Assembly: GCF_006345805.1 (NCBI RefSeq)
Contig: NC_042999.1
Location: 36,952,001 to 37,016,000 of the forward strand
From: Octopus sinensis
Lineage: Eukaryota
Direction: 5' to 3'
Length of the DNA: 64,000 nt
The notes below the pieces were generated by a model. It was not told where the DNA came from. It searched no databases and saw only the letters and a program-made list of their open reading frames with translations. The position numbers and the translations under genes are program-made. Positions 36,531 through 49,969 of this stretch are shown piece by piece. Every line of letters starts with the position of its first letter. Positions within the stretch are counted from its first letter, which is position 1.

Positions 36531-39500
36531 AGGAAGGAGGAAACTAGTTTCAAGTTGGAAATCCATTGTAAATTTTTACTAATGGTACCCCTAGACCATG
36601 TGGTGATTTTAAATTTAGCAATGGATTAAGTCTGCCCCCCGAATAGACCACAGTAATATTTGCATTTTGAATTCAAAATATAAATACCACAAGGTATCAG
36701 CTTCAATGCTCTAATGCTTCCATCAATCCATTAATTTAGACTGGTACTTTTTTTCTTATGAACCCTGGAAGAATGAAAGGCAAAGTCACTGTGATTTGAA
36801 CTCAGAATGCAAGATACCATAATAAATATCACAGAGCATTTCATCCAATGCTTTAAAGTGTTCGACAATTTGTTGTGAAGATAGAGTTTCCTTGTCAACG
36901 TGCCAGAGATTGCACTTTTTTTTTCTGTACTAATTGCATGCACTATGCACACACCATTCAGTTCATGCTTATTCTCTACATATCAAGAAGGCCACTTTCC
37001 ACATATCATGGGAATGTTTTGTACTGTTACTAAATAATATTTATCCACTTTATTGACATATGGACATTCAATGGCAGATGATTTTTTTCAAGTTTAGAAT
37101 TCTTTCTGCAGTTCTTCAGCTGATTCTGCAATGATCAAGTCTTTAATATAGAAAAAGGTTGAGGACAGCACTGATGATTACCTATCTCTACACTAAATTC
37201 CTTGCTGAATTTTTACTGCAAATTCCAACTTATGCATCCTTGTACATAGTTTGATATGTTGCCATGAACTATTCATCTATTTCTGTCTTACAGAATCCAA
37301 CAGTTGTGTTTAAACAGTGCTGTAATGCAATTACCTAAATGTTTTTGTCTATCAACTCAAGGCATTTCAAATAAATTTCCTTTGTCCTTGCTGTAGTTTA
37401 GCTCTTTTGTTACCATATTTCTGTTGGAACACACTGCTTTTATTTTTCGAAAATAATGAAGAATTTTGTAAAATAACTTAGTCATTATTAAGCTGGTGTT
37501 TGGAACACAAATTAACATGAAATTTTTATGGTAGCTTTTAATTTAGATCATTTTAAAACAGGTTGTTCAAATCAGAACCAGTGGCAATTTCGGGTGAGTT
37601 GGTATCAAAAGGGTTAACGATGATACTCCACATCTGTCATTGTTAATTAACTAAGCATGTATTATAAGTATAACCTAATGCATATGGAAATTTATTTTGT
37701 CTTGGTTACCTTTCATTTTTGAATCACGGCACTTTCCATTGAGTAGATATAAATTTGCATTACGTGTCTAGGCATTTAGAAACTAAGCTACATTCTTGAC
37801 TCATTTAGCCATATTTGTAATTTAATGGTGCATGTTCTATAAATGCAAGCATACTTGTGTTTTTAAGAAGTTTGCTCTTCAACCATGTGGTTTCAGGATC
37901 AGTTCCACAGCATGGCACCATGGGCATGTGTCATCTGCTATAGCACTGGGTTGACCAAATCTTTGTAAGTAGATGGAAAACCCATTTTGTGTGTGTATTT
38001 GCATATGCCTTTTTCAAAAAATTGCTCAGCTACAAGCAGTGACAAGGCTGCCATTTCTTCTATCAACAAATCTGTTGGGTATGCTTCTTTGAAGACAAGT
38101 GAAATAAGAGATCCTTACTTGAAAACAGGTAATGATTAGTGACAGGAAGGGCATCATCATCATCATCATTTATATTCACATTTCCATGCTTGCATGAGTC
38201 AGATGGAATTTATTGCGGCAGATTCTCTACACTTGGAGGATCCATTTCCTGTCACCAACCCACACTTGTTTCCAGTATATTTGTTAACATACACTAGCTT
38301 GAAAAAATGGATGCAAAATGACTGAATGAATGGAACAACTGATTTACACTGAACCATATTTTTAATTTAATAGTACACACCCAACTGATTTTGGGCAACT
38401 AATTTACACCCAGTTTTTTTGTAGTGTAATAGTGCACATAATCATTAATTACTTGTTCTAACTTTTATAGCTGGCCATGTTTTTGTTTCGTTTTGGATTA
38501 GGCTTTCATTATTTCATTCATGTTCTTTGTTCAACAGCCTGTCATAGTGGTTCTTTCATGCTTCACAGTCACTGAATTATTATGGTTGTTCAACTAATAC
38601 ATTTTTATATATCAAGCCTTTAGTACTTAGAGTACACTGTCAACTGTACTGCTTATTTATTCACATTGTTTTGAATTAATGATGCATTGTCTCATAGCGT
38701 CAAGATTACAAAGTTGTTTTTATTTTTAGAATGTCATTGTAGAGTAGGTATGAGATGCCAGATCAGGCTAGTTTGAACATAAAGCAAGTTGAATGATATG
38801 GCTGGCTGGTTTAAATGATAAAGATATTCTTTACGCTCACAAAATCATGACACTGATCACTTTAACATAATACATCATCTGTTTTTGTTAGATATCCATG
38901 CATGTATAGTCATCTGTCTTACATGTATCAGTGAAGGTTTCTGAGATCAACCTACCTTCTCAACTCTCGCATTCAGCTTTATTTGTAATTTCACCTGATG
39001 TATTTAGTTGAGTTCATTGAACTCATCCTATTATGATATGACAATTTGTCTACACTGATGCAAGCCATCCACCTGGACAGTTAATGACCTTCAGTTTAGG
39101 ATTATGTTGCTAACTTATTGCAGTGCCTGTGGTGTACATAAAACTTTCATTCTGTCAGAGTACCAGATGCTATTTTAGCTTTTGCTCACTCATTGTTTTC
39201 AGTCTACATCTGTATTGACTATACAAGATCACTTTTTTACTGTTGCTGAATTTGTATGGCCTCTACTACTAACTAGCACCTTAGTCATTGCAGTGTTCAC
39301 ATTCAAGCCTTTTGGTTCAATGTCCACTCTTCGAAAGAGTGGACATTGCAGTTTATGCTGCAATATGAGTATCAGCATATGGAATTTTCAAGGATTCTTT
39401 TCTCTTGGATTCCTTTATGATTGTTTCAAGGCTTAGAAAGAATAAAAGAAGACTAATGACAAAGTCTTGACAGAAATCACTGTACACTGAATTCTTCACA

Positions 39501-40533
39501 TGCTCATTATTGACCCCGAGCCTCTTGTACCATCCACATATCTTTCTTCTCTTTTCTCAGACAATGAACTTTGAAAGGTCTACATTAGAATAAACAATTG
39601 CAAAATGGAATTTATTCATGTGCATGAACTTCCTTCTGTTGTCTGATTGGAAATATCACATCTATAGTTCCACTTTCTGGTTTAACCATAAACTGCATGA
39701 TATATATATATTTGACCCAACCAACTCTATCTTGTGCTAACTTTGCTTTAATTCTCTCTATTAGCTGTTGTTACGTCTCCTCTGTTTCTTAAATCAGATG
39801 CTATTAAGGTATTTGCATTTACTCTTAGTAAACATTTTCAGTAACTAATAAACATGCTGCTTTGCATACTGATTAACACACTCTCACTTAATGTATTTAA
39901 TAAAAAGATTCATGTGACTGTAACCCATCCTGAAGAATTTAGCAGCTTAGCAAATATCTCTCCTGTTTTATTCACCTTTGTCCTTCTAAGTTGACCTCTA
40001 TATTTATTTCACTGAATGACTTCAGTAAGGGCAAGAAAATTGTTCATACACACCTTGTTAAATTGCTTACCTCATTTTATATATGCGCCATGTTCTCAGT
40101 TGCCTACCTGACATATACACAGCTTGCATGATAACCTATCCCATTTCTATACACCTTCTTCAGTTGTCTTTCATAGTAACATTTCCATTTCTTTTTTATA
40201 TTATTATTATTATTATTATTATTGTCACAGGGGATAGCCCTATTCTTTATACCATACTACCTAGCAATTCAAACACTTGTGGCCAACCATTTTTTCTACT
40301 TATCTAAATTGTAGTTAATGAATAGAAGCTGTCATTTGTCTGATTAGATTTATTATATGAAAACAACCGATAAAATTAAAACACAAAGAGGTGCAGCAGT
40401 GAAATATGTAGACAGGTAGGCTGTATGGTTAAGAAGTTCATATCCCAACTGCATAGTCTTGGGTTCCAACCCCACTGTGTGACAACTTGGAGAAGAGTCT
40501 TCTACTTCAGTCCCAGGCCAATGAAAGTCTTAA

Positions 40534-40756
40534 CCCTTTAGCATTTAAACCGGCCATATCCGACCAAAAGTATTCTGCCTGTTTTATGGTCAAACTGGCC
40601 AGATCTGGTCTCTCACACCAACCCTACAATATTGTTTTAAAAATTAACAGCTACCTCATCAAAATCTCATAACTACATGATAATGCATGATTAGTTCAAA
40701 ACAATTTGGATAAAAAAAAGCATTAATTTTGGCAGAATAATGTGAACACTAAAGGG
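40534..40756. mobile_element. piggyBac-type MITE nested in a decayed family-A SINE
   Basis: TTAA at 40530-40533 and 40757-40760; CCCTTTAG/CTAAAGGG termini; SINE head upstream and SINE body downstream. Confidence 0.85.
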
Positions 40757-41290
40757 TTAATGGACTTGATAGACACTGAAAGAAGCTCTGTGTGTGTGTG
40801 TGTGAGAGAGAGTATGTGTATGTCTCTGTCTTGATCTGGCATGATTGTTTTAAATGAATGTCATTCATTTCCAATATATCCTGCAAAAACACCCTGACTA
40901 TGAGGGAAATATCTTGCATGGAAACAGGTGGGTTGGAGACAGGAAGGGCATCCAGACAAAATTTGTCTCAATAAACTCTGTCCAATGATGCATGCATGGA
41001 AAGGTGGATGTTAAAATGATGATAATTTGCATTTATTTTTAATCAGTAGTAAGTTACAAAAGTGACTCAAGGGCCGGTTGAAAAACATTAAATGTAAAAA
41101 CAATGTCCTGTGTTAGATTGAATTGGAGCTAGTAGTTGGAAGTTTGCTGTTGAGACTGAAATTGTTACATTGAGGAAGTTGAGCTACTATATATAAATGA
41201 GTTCTCTGCCTCATCATCCCATTTCATCTGATGTCTGTCATTGTATCATACTTTTATATAGGTTTCTGTTAATGTTCCAATTTTTCTAGT

Positions 41291-41526
41291 ATTTATTTCT
41301 TTACTGCCCACAAGGGGCTAAACATAGAGGGGACAAACAAGGACAGACAAACGGATTAAGTCGATTACATTGACCCCCAGTGCGTAACTGGTACTTAATT
41401 TATCGACCCCGAAAGGATGAACGGCAAAGTCAACCTCGGCGGAATTTGAACTTAGAATGTAACGGCAGACGAAATACGGCTACGCATTTCGCCCGGCGTG
41501 CTAATGATTCTGCCAGCTCGCCGCCC
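41291..41526 (-). mobile_element. SINE family C, full length
   Basis: Reverse complement of GGCGGCGAGCTGGCAGAATC...GTTCAAATTCCGCCGAGG...TAAAGAAATA. Confidence 0.88.
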
Positions 41527-42853
41527 TTTATATACTTGTGCTTCTCATATATATACTTGTGCTTATATATACTTATATATACTATATACTTGTGCTTCTC
41601 ATGGAGTGGGTGCTGCGAGGATTGAAAAGGGGAGCAGCTAATGAGAGGGCTTCTATTTAGATTGCTCGACCTGCTAGAAACACTAGTCAAATCTCCCTCA
41701 TAGTACCTCTGCTACCTTTTAAAAAGCAATATGGACAATGTACTTATATATTGACATGCCATGGAAAATAAACATAAAATGATACAAAAGACTGGTCATG
41801 ACTGGAACACCTTCCTACACAGTAGACATAGAGTTTAACAACAAGAACAACAACAATTTGTGTTGAAGATTTTGTCCAAAGCTGAACAAAGAATCTATTT
41901 TCATTTTAGCTTTCATATCACAGTATTGCTAATTTACCCCTGACAACACAATGCCATCTATTTGGCTTCTTTTTGAACTAAGCACCCAACTTTATTGCAT
42001 GAAATTTTGGCCTTGGACATAATATCTTCCAAAATTATTCTTCCATGAAGGTATTTTCTTGTTCAACTTAATGATAGTTTCAGCTAGCTCCATTAGGTTA
42101 TAAGTATGGAGCAGCTACCAAGAGTTCTTTTATCCTTTTACTTGTTTCAGTCATTTGACTGCAGCCATGCTGGAGCACCACCATAAAGGGTTTCTAAGTC
42201 GAAGAAATTGACCCCAGGACTTATCCATTGTAAACCTAGTACTTATTCCACCGGTCTCTTTTGCTGAACTGCTAACACTCCAACATCGGTTGTCAAGTGA
42301 TGGTGGGAGAGAGAGTCAGACGCGTGCACACACACTTCTTTCAGTTTCCATCTACCAAATCCACTTGTGAGGCTTTGGTTGGCCCAGAGTGCCATGCAGT
42401 GGGACTGAACCATATGGTTGGGAAGCAAGCTTCTTACCACATAGTCACACCTGCATCTATTTCTTGTACAAAAGCTTTGTATTAGAAAGAATTGTTGTTA
42501 TTATTTTAAGTATTGCAGCTTGGTGGAATCATTAAAGGATTCCAAAAAATGCCTTCAGTAACTTATTTTTATTTTCTTTGAACATTCTGTGTTCAAATCC
42601 CATAGAGCTCAACTTTGCATTTTATTCTTTGAGGATTGATGAAACCCAGTCAAGCACTGGATTCATTATATTTAACCACCCCCTTCAAATTTCTGTCATT
42701 ATACCTTGAATTTTTTACACGGACTTTTGAAACGCACAAAACCCTTTGTAACTTTTCGTCCTGTGTTTTGTCCCTAAATGTTTAAATTGATTTTTGTTAG
42801 CCCTTGTGTCCAATAAACAAATTAATTATTATTATTATTTATCTATTTTTAAG

Positions 42854-42999
42854 GTTTCATTCATTCGGCATATACTTTTGGAATTGAAAGTCATATCAGC
42901 CAATCAAATATCAATGGAGCTTTGGTTCCTCCTGGGGCTTTACTAAATATTATTCAGAAAGGTCTACAATACACAGAAGCTGAAATAAGTATTGGAGAG
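42854..42999 (+). CDS. TBL1XR1: TBL1 orthologue coding exon 2 (LisH and following helices)
   Basis: (G)[48 protein letters not shown]; AG at 42852-42853, GTAAG at 43000; 146 nt, phase 1 to phase 0. Confidence 0.97.
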
Positions 43000-44076
43000 G
43001 TAAGAAATCAATTTTTATAAATATAATAATATCGTTTAAAAGTGAAGATAATATTTTCTGTCCTGTTACCAGTAGAAAAATGACAATGCTGGATTTATTT
43101 TGTTGGCATCATAAGAATTTAGAAACTTTCAAGGGAATGTGAAATAATTTGTTTTTTTTTGTAATGGTGAATCTTGAAGCAGATAAAGCTGTAAGCATTA
43201 AGCATGTAGATAGTGGGTTAAAAACATCTTGGATAGAAAAATTTGAAGGCTGCTCATGGGACATGGACCCACATCACCTGCAGCATTTGACTTTTTATAT
43301 CCCCCAAATTTTTTTTAACCCACTTCTTTTCTTTTTGCTGTTTTCAAAGATTTCCATGACTCTCTGTCACCATCCAATTCCATTGTTATGAATTCAAATT
43401 GGGAGCCTGAGTCATAATGAATCTTTCATTAGCTGATTACACAACCATGGATGGCATTCCTATGGATGCATTGCAGTTACTCTCCTGATAGGGCTTGGCG
43501 ATCTTGACCGTTGATCTTCTAGAATTCCTCCACTCAGCATCAATGTAAAAAGTACCTTTTCACAATCTGCCATGCTGCAGTCCTATGACTTTGCTGTATC
43601 CCTGGCAGGGTGGCTGAAAGGGTACTCTGCCTTGCCAAAGGGCAGCCTGTAACCGAGCAGGGCACAGCCATCACTCTGTGAGGTATTTTCAATATACCTA
43701 CACAACCCATTATTTACAGGCTATTAGTTACAGATCTGTCTGTTTTGAGATTCACTGTCACAAAAATAAAGAAAAATTATTTTGTTTTCTTGTTCAAGGC
43801 TGTAATTTTTTCAAATATAAGCAATTACATGTTCATGTTATCTATTAAACCTAAACCTATAACATTTGTTTATAGCTATGTTTTTAGCTTCACATTAATT
43901 TCCATCATGGATTACACTAATCCTTCCTGATTTTCCCAGTCTCTCCAAATTCACATTAAAAAGAAATTTGAAGCTGCACTTTGGCTTCATCACATTATTG
44001 TGCACTGACTACCATTTTTCAAATAAAGGATCACTTAGACATGTAAGGATACAACTTGTTTCGGCTACTATATATA

Positions 44077-44300
44077 CAGTAGTCCCTCACCATATCGCAG
44101 CTCACCTATCGTGGCTTATTTAAGCTTACATCGATTCTTCTGTGGTGTTGTTTTGCATTTATAATAAAATAAATATTTACAAATTAGAGAAATAAAAAAA
44201 AAAATACACAGTACAGTACTGTTTATACTTGAGGTTTTCACCTATCGTGTGTGTGTGGGGGGGTTGGAATGTAGCACCCGTGATAGTCGAGGAATTACTG
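44077..44300. mobile_element. Tigger/pogo-type MITE
   Basis: TA|CAGTAGTCCCTC...GAGGAATTACTG|TA; imperfect TIRs of about 24 bp. Confidence 0.75.
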
Positions 44301-44732
44301 TATTATCATTATCAAACACCCTGATTCATCTACACCATCTAAAAATATCATCTTTCTTAATCTAGAAAACACAAAATACATAAACAAAGAGCCATATCAA
44401 GCATATAGGGGTGTACTGTAAACTCCCCCATGCACACAGTGTTAAGGGCAGTAGGGTATAAACTGCTGTTCTTTGTCCATGTCCACCTTGATCGCTTCTG
44501 TTGTGGCTAACACCAGAACGTATATAGTCATCTAGTGGAGTTCTCCACTAGATTGAGACATGTATCTGCAGCAGTGTTTACTTAGAACTAAACAATTACA
44601 TTTAGAAGTTGGAATTGTTTAATATATATGTTAATAGTTGTTTATGAGTGAAGGCCAAAAATCTATATTGCAGTTGTTGAAAAAATTATTGTTATTGTTT
44701 TAAATATCAGTCCAGAAAGTGGGGTGGAGATG

Positions 44733-44965
44733 TCATCATCATCATCATCGTTTAACGTCCGCTTTCCATGCTAGCATGGGTTGGACGGTTCAACTGGGGT
44801 CTGGGAAGCCAGAAGGCTGCACCAGGCCCAGTCTGATCTGGCAGTGTTTCTACAGCTGGATGCCCTTCCTAATGCCAACCACTCCGTGAGTGTAGTGGGT
44901 GCTTTTTACATGCCAGACGAGGCTGGCAAACGGCCACGATTGGATGGTGCTTTTTACGTGCCCCA
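44733..44965 (-). mobile_element. RTE family B 3' end
   Basis: (CAT)n tail plus CGTTTAACGTCCGCTTTCCATGCTAGCATGGG... Confidence 0.9.
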
Positions 44966-45299
44966 GAAATTAAAGTAATAGAACAAAATAGGAAGGTGGG
45001 TTATATTTTGAGTTACACACACAACAGGGAACTTTTTATCCTCCAAAGTTGTCTTTGGTGCATCACTTGACCTATAGTTTTTGGCTGTAAATTTTGGTCT
45101 GAAAAATTTGTCGTGTATGCCAAAAATTAAAGTGTGTGTATGAGAGAGAGAGATCCCTTACTTGAAAAACAAGTAAAGATTCATGGCAAGAAGAGTACTT
45201 GGCCTTAAAATTCTTGCCTCAAATAAGTTCCTGTCTAACCCATGCTAGCCTAGAAAAAGAGATGTTGAACAAATCAGCAGGCAACCTGGGGTTGGCCAA

Positions 45300-45480
45300 A
45301 CCAATGTGAAGGAGACCTAGGGTAGACCAAGAATGAGATGGTTGGATAATATCCATACTCTCAGTTAGTTGTGCTTGGGAATCTGGTTATAAAATCTAAT
45401 GGTGATTGCTTCTGTTAGGACCCTATGAAGGAGGAACTTTAAGAATCTGTTCCTCACAACAGTGGGCAGAAAAGAAGGGT
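45300..45480 (+). mobile_element. Old RTE LINE C-terminal fragment
   Basis: RRPR/GRPRMRWLDNIHTLS*LCLGI, the RTE GRP..RW.D.I motif, with one frameshift. Confidence 0.55.
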
Positions 45481-46166
45481 GAATATATTTACACACATTA
45501 CATGCAAGTAATGTATGTATAATTTGACTAGGAACAAAACCACTTTTGCAAGCTATAGTTAATTACATTGTCCACGTAATAATACCTATTGTTATTCTAT
45601 TACTCTTATTCTTTGTAATAAAGCATGTTTGAACACACATGGATTTGAAAAGCAATCACTTAAATAGTTCAGTAGGGGTAGTGCATAAGTTCTGTCACTT
45701 ATATGAAACAAATGGAGGTGGAGGTTGTATTAGTGATAGCATAATGACTAATATGTAAATTGAATAAAGACTGCTGCTGCACTCCCCCCTCCTCCTTGCA
45801 ACAGAATCTCTATCTTAAGAAAAGCCCATTGTATGAAGTAGGTTTATGACTGTGAGGTCATATTACATAGGTGACAGACCTACACCGTTCATAGGCTTCA
45901 TTTTGTGGCTACTCATGTTATTAGTTTCTCTAGTGTGTCTTCCTTACATATTGTGCAAGGCTACTTTCTATGAGGCTATTAAGTGTTTGTATGTAGACCA
46001 TGCTGCTAACCAAATGATTTAAAAACAAGGATGGTGGTAGCAGCTAGAATTAGCTAATATTGTTGAGAAACCCCTATCTGAAAATCTTGGGACTGAAAGT
46101 GTTGCAGAGTTTGAATTTATTTTTATTTTTTAATTTTTTAATAATAATGATATTATTATTATTATT

Positions 46167-46722
46167 GAGTGAGAGAGCAGTGCATGCCATCAAAGTGACA
46201 CTGGGGTAAAATATACGAAGCCCAGTATACCCATCATGACTACCCATCTGATAAGGGTACACCAGGCACATGTATCACAACCATATGTGCGCGATATGGT
46301 GATCTCATATCAAGATAAATAGCACGTGACCTTACAGTTGGGGCTCAGTTAGAATTTTCTTCTGTTCGAGTAACCCATCCAGCTCAAAAGGTCCCTGAAT
46401 AAGGGTTGTTTTAAGTTGTTGAATGAACCACCCATGTTTCCAGAGGTAAATTATTCGAACCCCAAAGAATCCCTCTCAACACATGGCTATGATGCTCCCC
46501 AACTACTTCTGCTCGTGATCAGAGATGCACATATCGTCAGCCACTAAGGGACATGCTCAACTGGTTACGGTCAAACAACTGACAAGCAAATCTGTGGTAT
46601 TGAGCAGAATATTTGCTGTAGCCCATCTTTTATACCAAGACAAAACAATGTACATGATAACACTTCCAATCAGTTAAGATCAGAAGCCACGAGAGCCACT
46701 GCCTGGTACTGCATCAGGGCAT
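46167..46722 (-). mobile_element. Unclassified interspersed element of about 550 bp with an (AAT)n 3' tail on the minus strand
   Basis: GC-richer block bounded by (ATT)n/(AAT)n. It is a single copy in this window, so repeat status is inferred from resemblance to octopus repeats. Confidence 0.45.
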
Positions 46723-47364
46723 TTTTATTATCATCATCATAATAATAATAATAGAGTGTTTTTATATTTGCATCTATAAAATGGGACAGCTTGTGGATGG
46801 GACCTAAATCCGAACACAATCTCGATTCACATTTCATTATATAACTTTTATATAGAAAGTAGTTTTATATCAATTTTTAATAATTTTTTTATACATAATA
46901 CCATCAGAAAAGTAAGATATCAGACTCCACTTTCGATGCCATGCTCTGATTAAAAGTTACAGTACATGTACACCATATAAGTTTTATTTCTTTTGTTATT
47001 GAGGTATTAGGTTTTATGAAGGTATAAAAACAAAACATTGAACACGATTGTAGGTAAATAAAATGAAAACAGAAAAGTCAATATTTTATTTTTAAAGTAA
47101 AGTACAAGTAATAATGCTAACCATGTTACACTCATACATGGAGGTGAAATTCAAATCTTGTGTAAAAATGTTTTGTACTTGCTGTACTAAAGAGCAAAAC
47201 AAAATATGATGACACTCACATGTTATAATGGTACACAACAGCTGGACTTCCCAGTACTTTGTGGAATTTTCCATTTGTGACAGGCAAGTCATCTTTTGGA
47301 TTTTGGACATTCAGATAAAAGGTTTTGAACTGTAATAATAATTGGGTTATATGTAAATAGTAAA

Positions 47365-47700
47365 GGCACGTGGCTCAGTGGTTAGAGCATTGGGTTTAGA
47401 ATAGTGAGGTTGTGAGTTCGATTCCTGAACTGGGGGTGTGTGTTGTATTCTTGAGCAAGACACTTGATTTTATGTTGTTCAGTTTACTCAGCTGTAGAAA
47501 TGAGTTGTGATGCTACTGATGCCAAGCTGTATTGGTTTTTGCTTTTCTCTTGGATAACATCAGTGGCACGGAGAAGGGATGCTGGTATGCATGGGTGACT
47601 GCTAGTTTTCCATAAACAACCTTGCCTGGACTTGTGCCTCAGTTGAGAATTTTCTAGGTACAATCGCATGGTCATTCATGACTGAAGGGTGTCTTGATTG
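47365..47700 (+). mobile_element. tRNA-derived SINE (third family)
   Basis: A box TGGCTCAGTGG and B box GAGTTCGATTCC at tRNA-like spacing, followed by a non-tRNA body. Confidence 0.65.
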
Positions 47701-47721
47701 ATTTGATGATGATGATGATGA

Positions 47722-47980
47722 ATAACGTCCGTTTTCCGCGCTAGCACGGGTTGGACGGTTCGACCAGGGTCTGGGAAGCCAGGGGCTGCACCAGGCTTCA
47801 GTCTGATCTGGCAGTGTTTCTACAGCTGGATGCCCTTCCTAACGCCAACCACTCCGCGAGTGTAGTGGGTGCTTTTTACGTGCCACCGGCACAGATGCCA
47901 GGAGAGTCTGGCATCGGCCATGATCGGTTGGTGCTTTTAACGTGCCACCGGCACGGAAGCCAGCCAAGGCGGCGCTGTTG
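47722..47980 (-). mobile_element. RTE family B 3' end (young subfamily)
   Basis: AACGTCCGTTTTCCGCGCTAGCACGGG... Confidence 0.88.
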
Positions 47981-48123
47981 ATTTGTTGTGAGTTAATAAT
48001 TATATCTCATAAAATGTGATGAAGAATTGACACAGTGGAGACAGTTGTTTTATCCAAATGCAAAACTGGTTGAGGAAGAAGGTGTTTTAGAAATGCTGAC
48101 AGTCTTTTTTATATATTTGGCAG

Positions 48124-48274
48124 GATGGCTCAGAAAGAGGAATTGAATCACTACCACTCATTGATGCAGTTATGCCAGATGTTGTAGAGTCAAGGAAACA
48201 AGCTGCTGCAAAAGCTCACCAAATAAAGACAGAGAATGCCAACACTAATGGAGAAGATGCTTCTCATTCGCTAG
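48124..48274 (+). CDS. TBL1XR1: TBL1 orthologue coding exon 3 (linker region)
   Basis: DGSERGIESLPLIDAVMPDVVESRKQAAAKAHQIKTENANTNGEDASHSL+G (human IESLSLIDAVMPDVVQTR); CAG ends at 48123, GTAAAT at 48275; 151 nt, phase 0 to phase 1. Confidence 0.93.
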
Positions 48275-49393
48275 GTAAATATTTGTCAACATTTTCTATA
48301 ACCTCTTTTTCTGTTTTTGTCTTTTATTTTTTTAGTTTCCATTTTAAGAATTTATAGTCATGACCAGGTGCGAATATGGCTGTGGTTAAGCAGTTTGCTT
48401 CATAGTCATGTTGTTTTGAGTTTTGCCTTACTGTATGACACCTTAGGCAAGTCTCATCTACTAAAGGGTTAAACAAATGAATGTTTAACCCTTTAGCATT
48501 CAGATTTCCTTGTCAAATGTAAAGCTTATTTATTCATTATCATCATCATCATCATCATCTATCATCATCATCATCATCATAAGTTTGTTTTCCCAGCTGG
48601 TATGGGTTGGATGGTTTGACAGGAGCTGGTTCTCATTTTAGGAATTTACAGTCATGACCAGCTGCAAGTATGGCTGTGTGGTTAAGAAGTTTGCTTCATA
48701 GTCATGTTGTTTTGAGTTCTATCTCACTGTGTGACACCTCAGGCAAGTCTCATCTGCTGTAGCCTTGGCCTGGCCAATGGTTTGTAAGCAGAATTTGTTT
48801 ACAGAAACTGGGAGTGTTTTTGTGTGTGTCTGTGAATGTTTAATTTTATGTCTTTTTATGACACTAAAGCAATAGTGGTTGCATTATGTCGGCACATCAT
48901 ATTATGAAATCGTGCTGTGGTTTTGTGCTTTCAAAGACACATTAAGTCAAAAATACCTTACTTGAAAAACTTTTAAAGAATGAGTGACAGAAAGCGCATC
49001 TTGCTGTGAAATAATGCCTCAATAATATGGATTTATCCAGTCCATGCAAGCATGGAAAAATGGTAAAACAGTGATGAAATTTTATTTCATATCTCAGTTG
49101 TGATTTATTGTGAATATTCTGTTTGGTTTCTTCATTTTCTTTTTCCATATTAGCCTTTTGTAAGTAAATATAGTATTTGGTTGGATGTGGTGGTGGATAA
49201 TTATTCATATCTCCTCTTATAGTTAAAGAAATTTGTACAAATGAATGCTTAACTCTTAGCATTCAGATTACCATGTCAAATGTAATGCTTATTTATTCAC
49301 ATTGCTTCAAATTAGTCATGCATTATCATGTAGCTTTGGATAGTTATAGCTTCTCTACCACAGTTGAGGAAATTTGAACAAATGAATGTTAAA

Positions 49394-49969
49394 CCCTTTT
49401 GCATTCAGATTTCCTTGTCAAATGTAATGCTTATTTATTCATCATCATTTAATGTTTGTGTTCTATGCTGGCATGGGTTGTACGATTTGACATAAGCTGG
49501 CTAGGCAAGACTGCACCATGCTTCACATGGTTTTTATGGCTGAATGCCTTCCTAACACCAACCACTCTGCAGAGTGGATTGAGCCCTTTTTATGTGACAC
49601 CAGCACAGGCAAGGTCAGTTTTGGCATGTTTTTTTACAGTTGTATGCCATTCCAAACACCTACCACTTTACAGTGTGGACACTTTTTATGTGGCACCGGT
49701 ACTGGCAGGGTCACCAAGTAACTTGGAAAACAAAGATCCTTTGAGAAGGGATGCAGCATTGGAAGAGGAGATCTTGTGCCAGATGATGAAAGATCACATT
49801 GCTTTAAATTAATCATGCATTATCTTGTGGCTTTTGAGATTTTGATGATGTGATTGTCTGTTTTTAAAATGACATCATAGGGTAGGTGTGAGGTGTTGGA
49901 TCTGGTCAGTTTCAACATAAAACAAGTAGAATATTATGCCCAGATATGGCCAGTTTAAATGCTAAAGGG
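49394..49969. mobile_element. piggyBac-type MITE interrupted by an RTE family B insertion (about 49441-49793)
   Basis: CCCTTTTGCATTCAG...TTATTTATTC | insertion | ACATTG...CTAAAGGG|TTAA. Confidence 0.75.
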
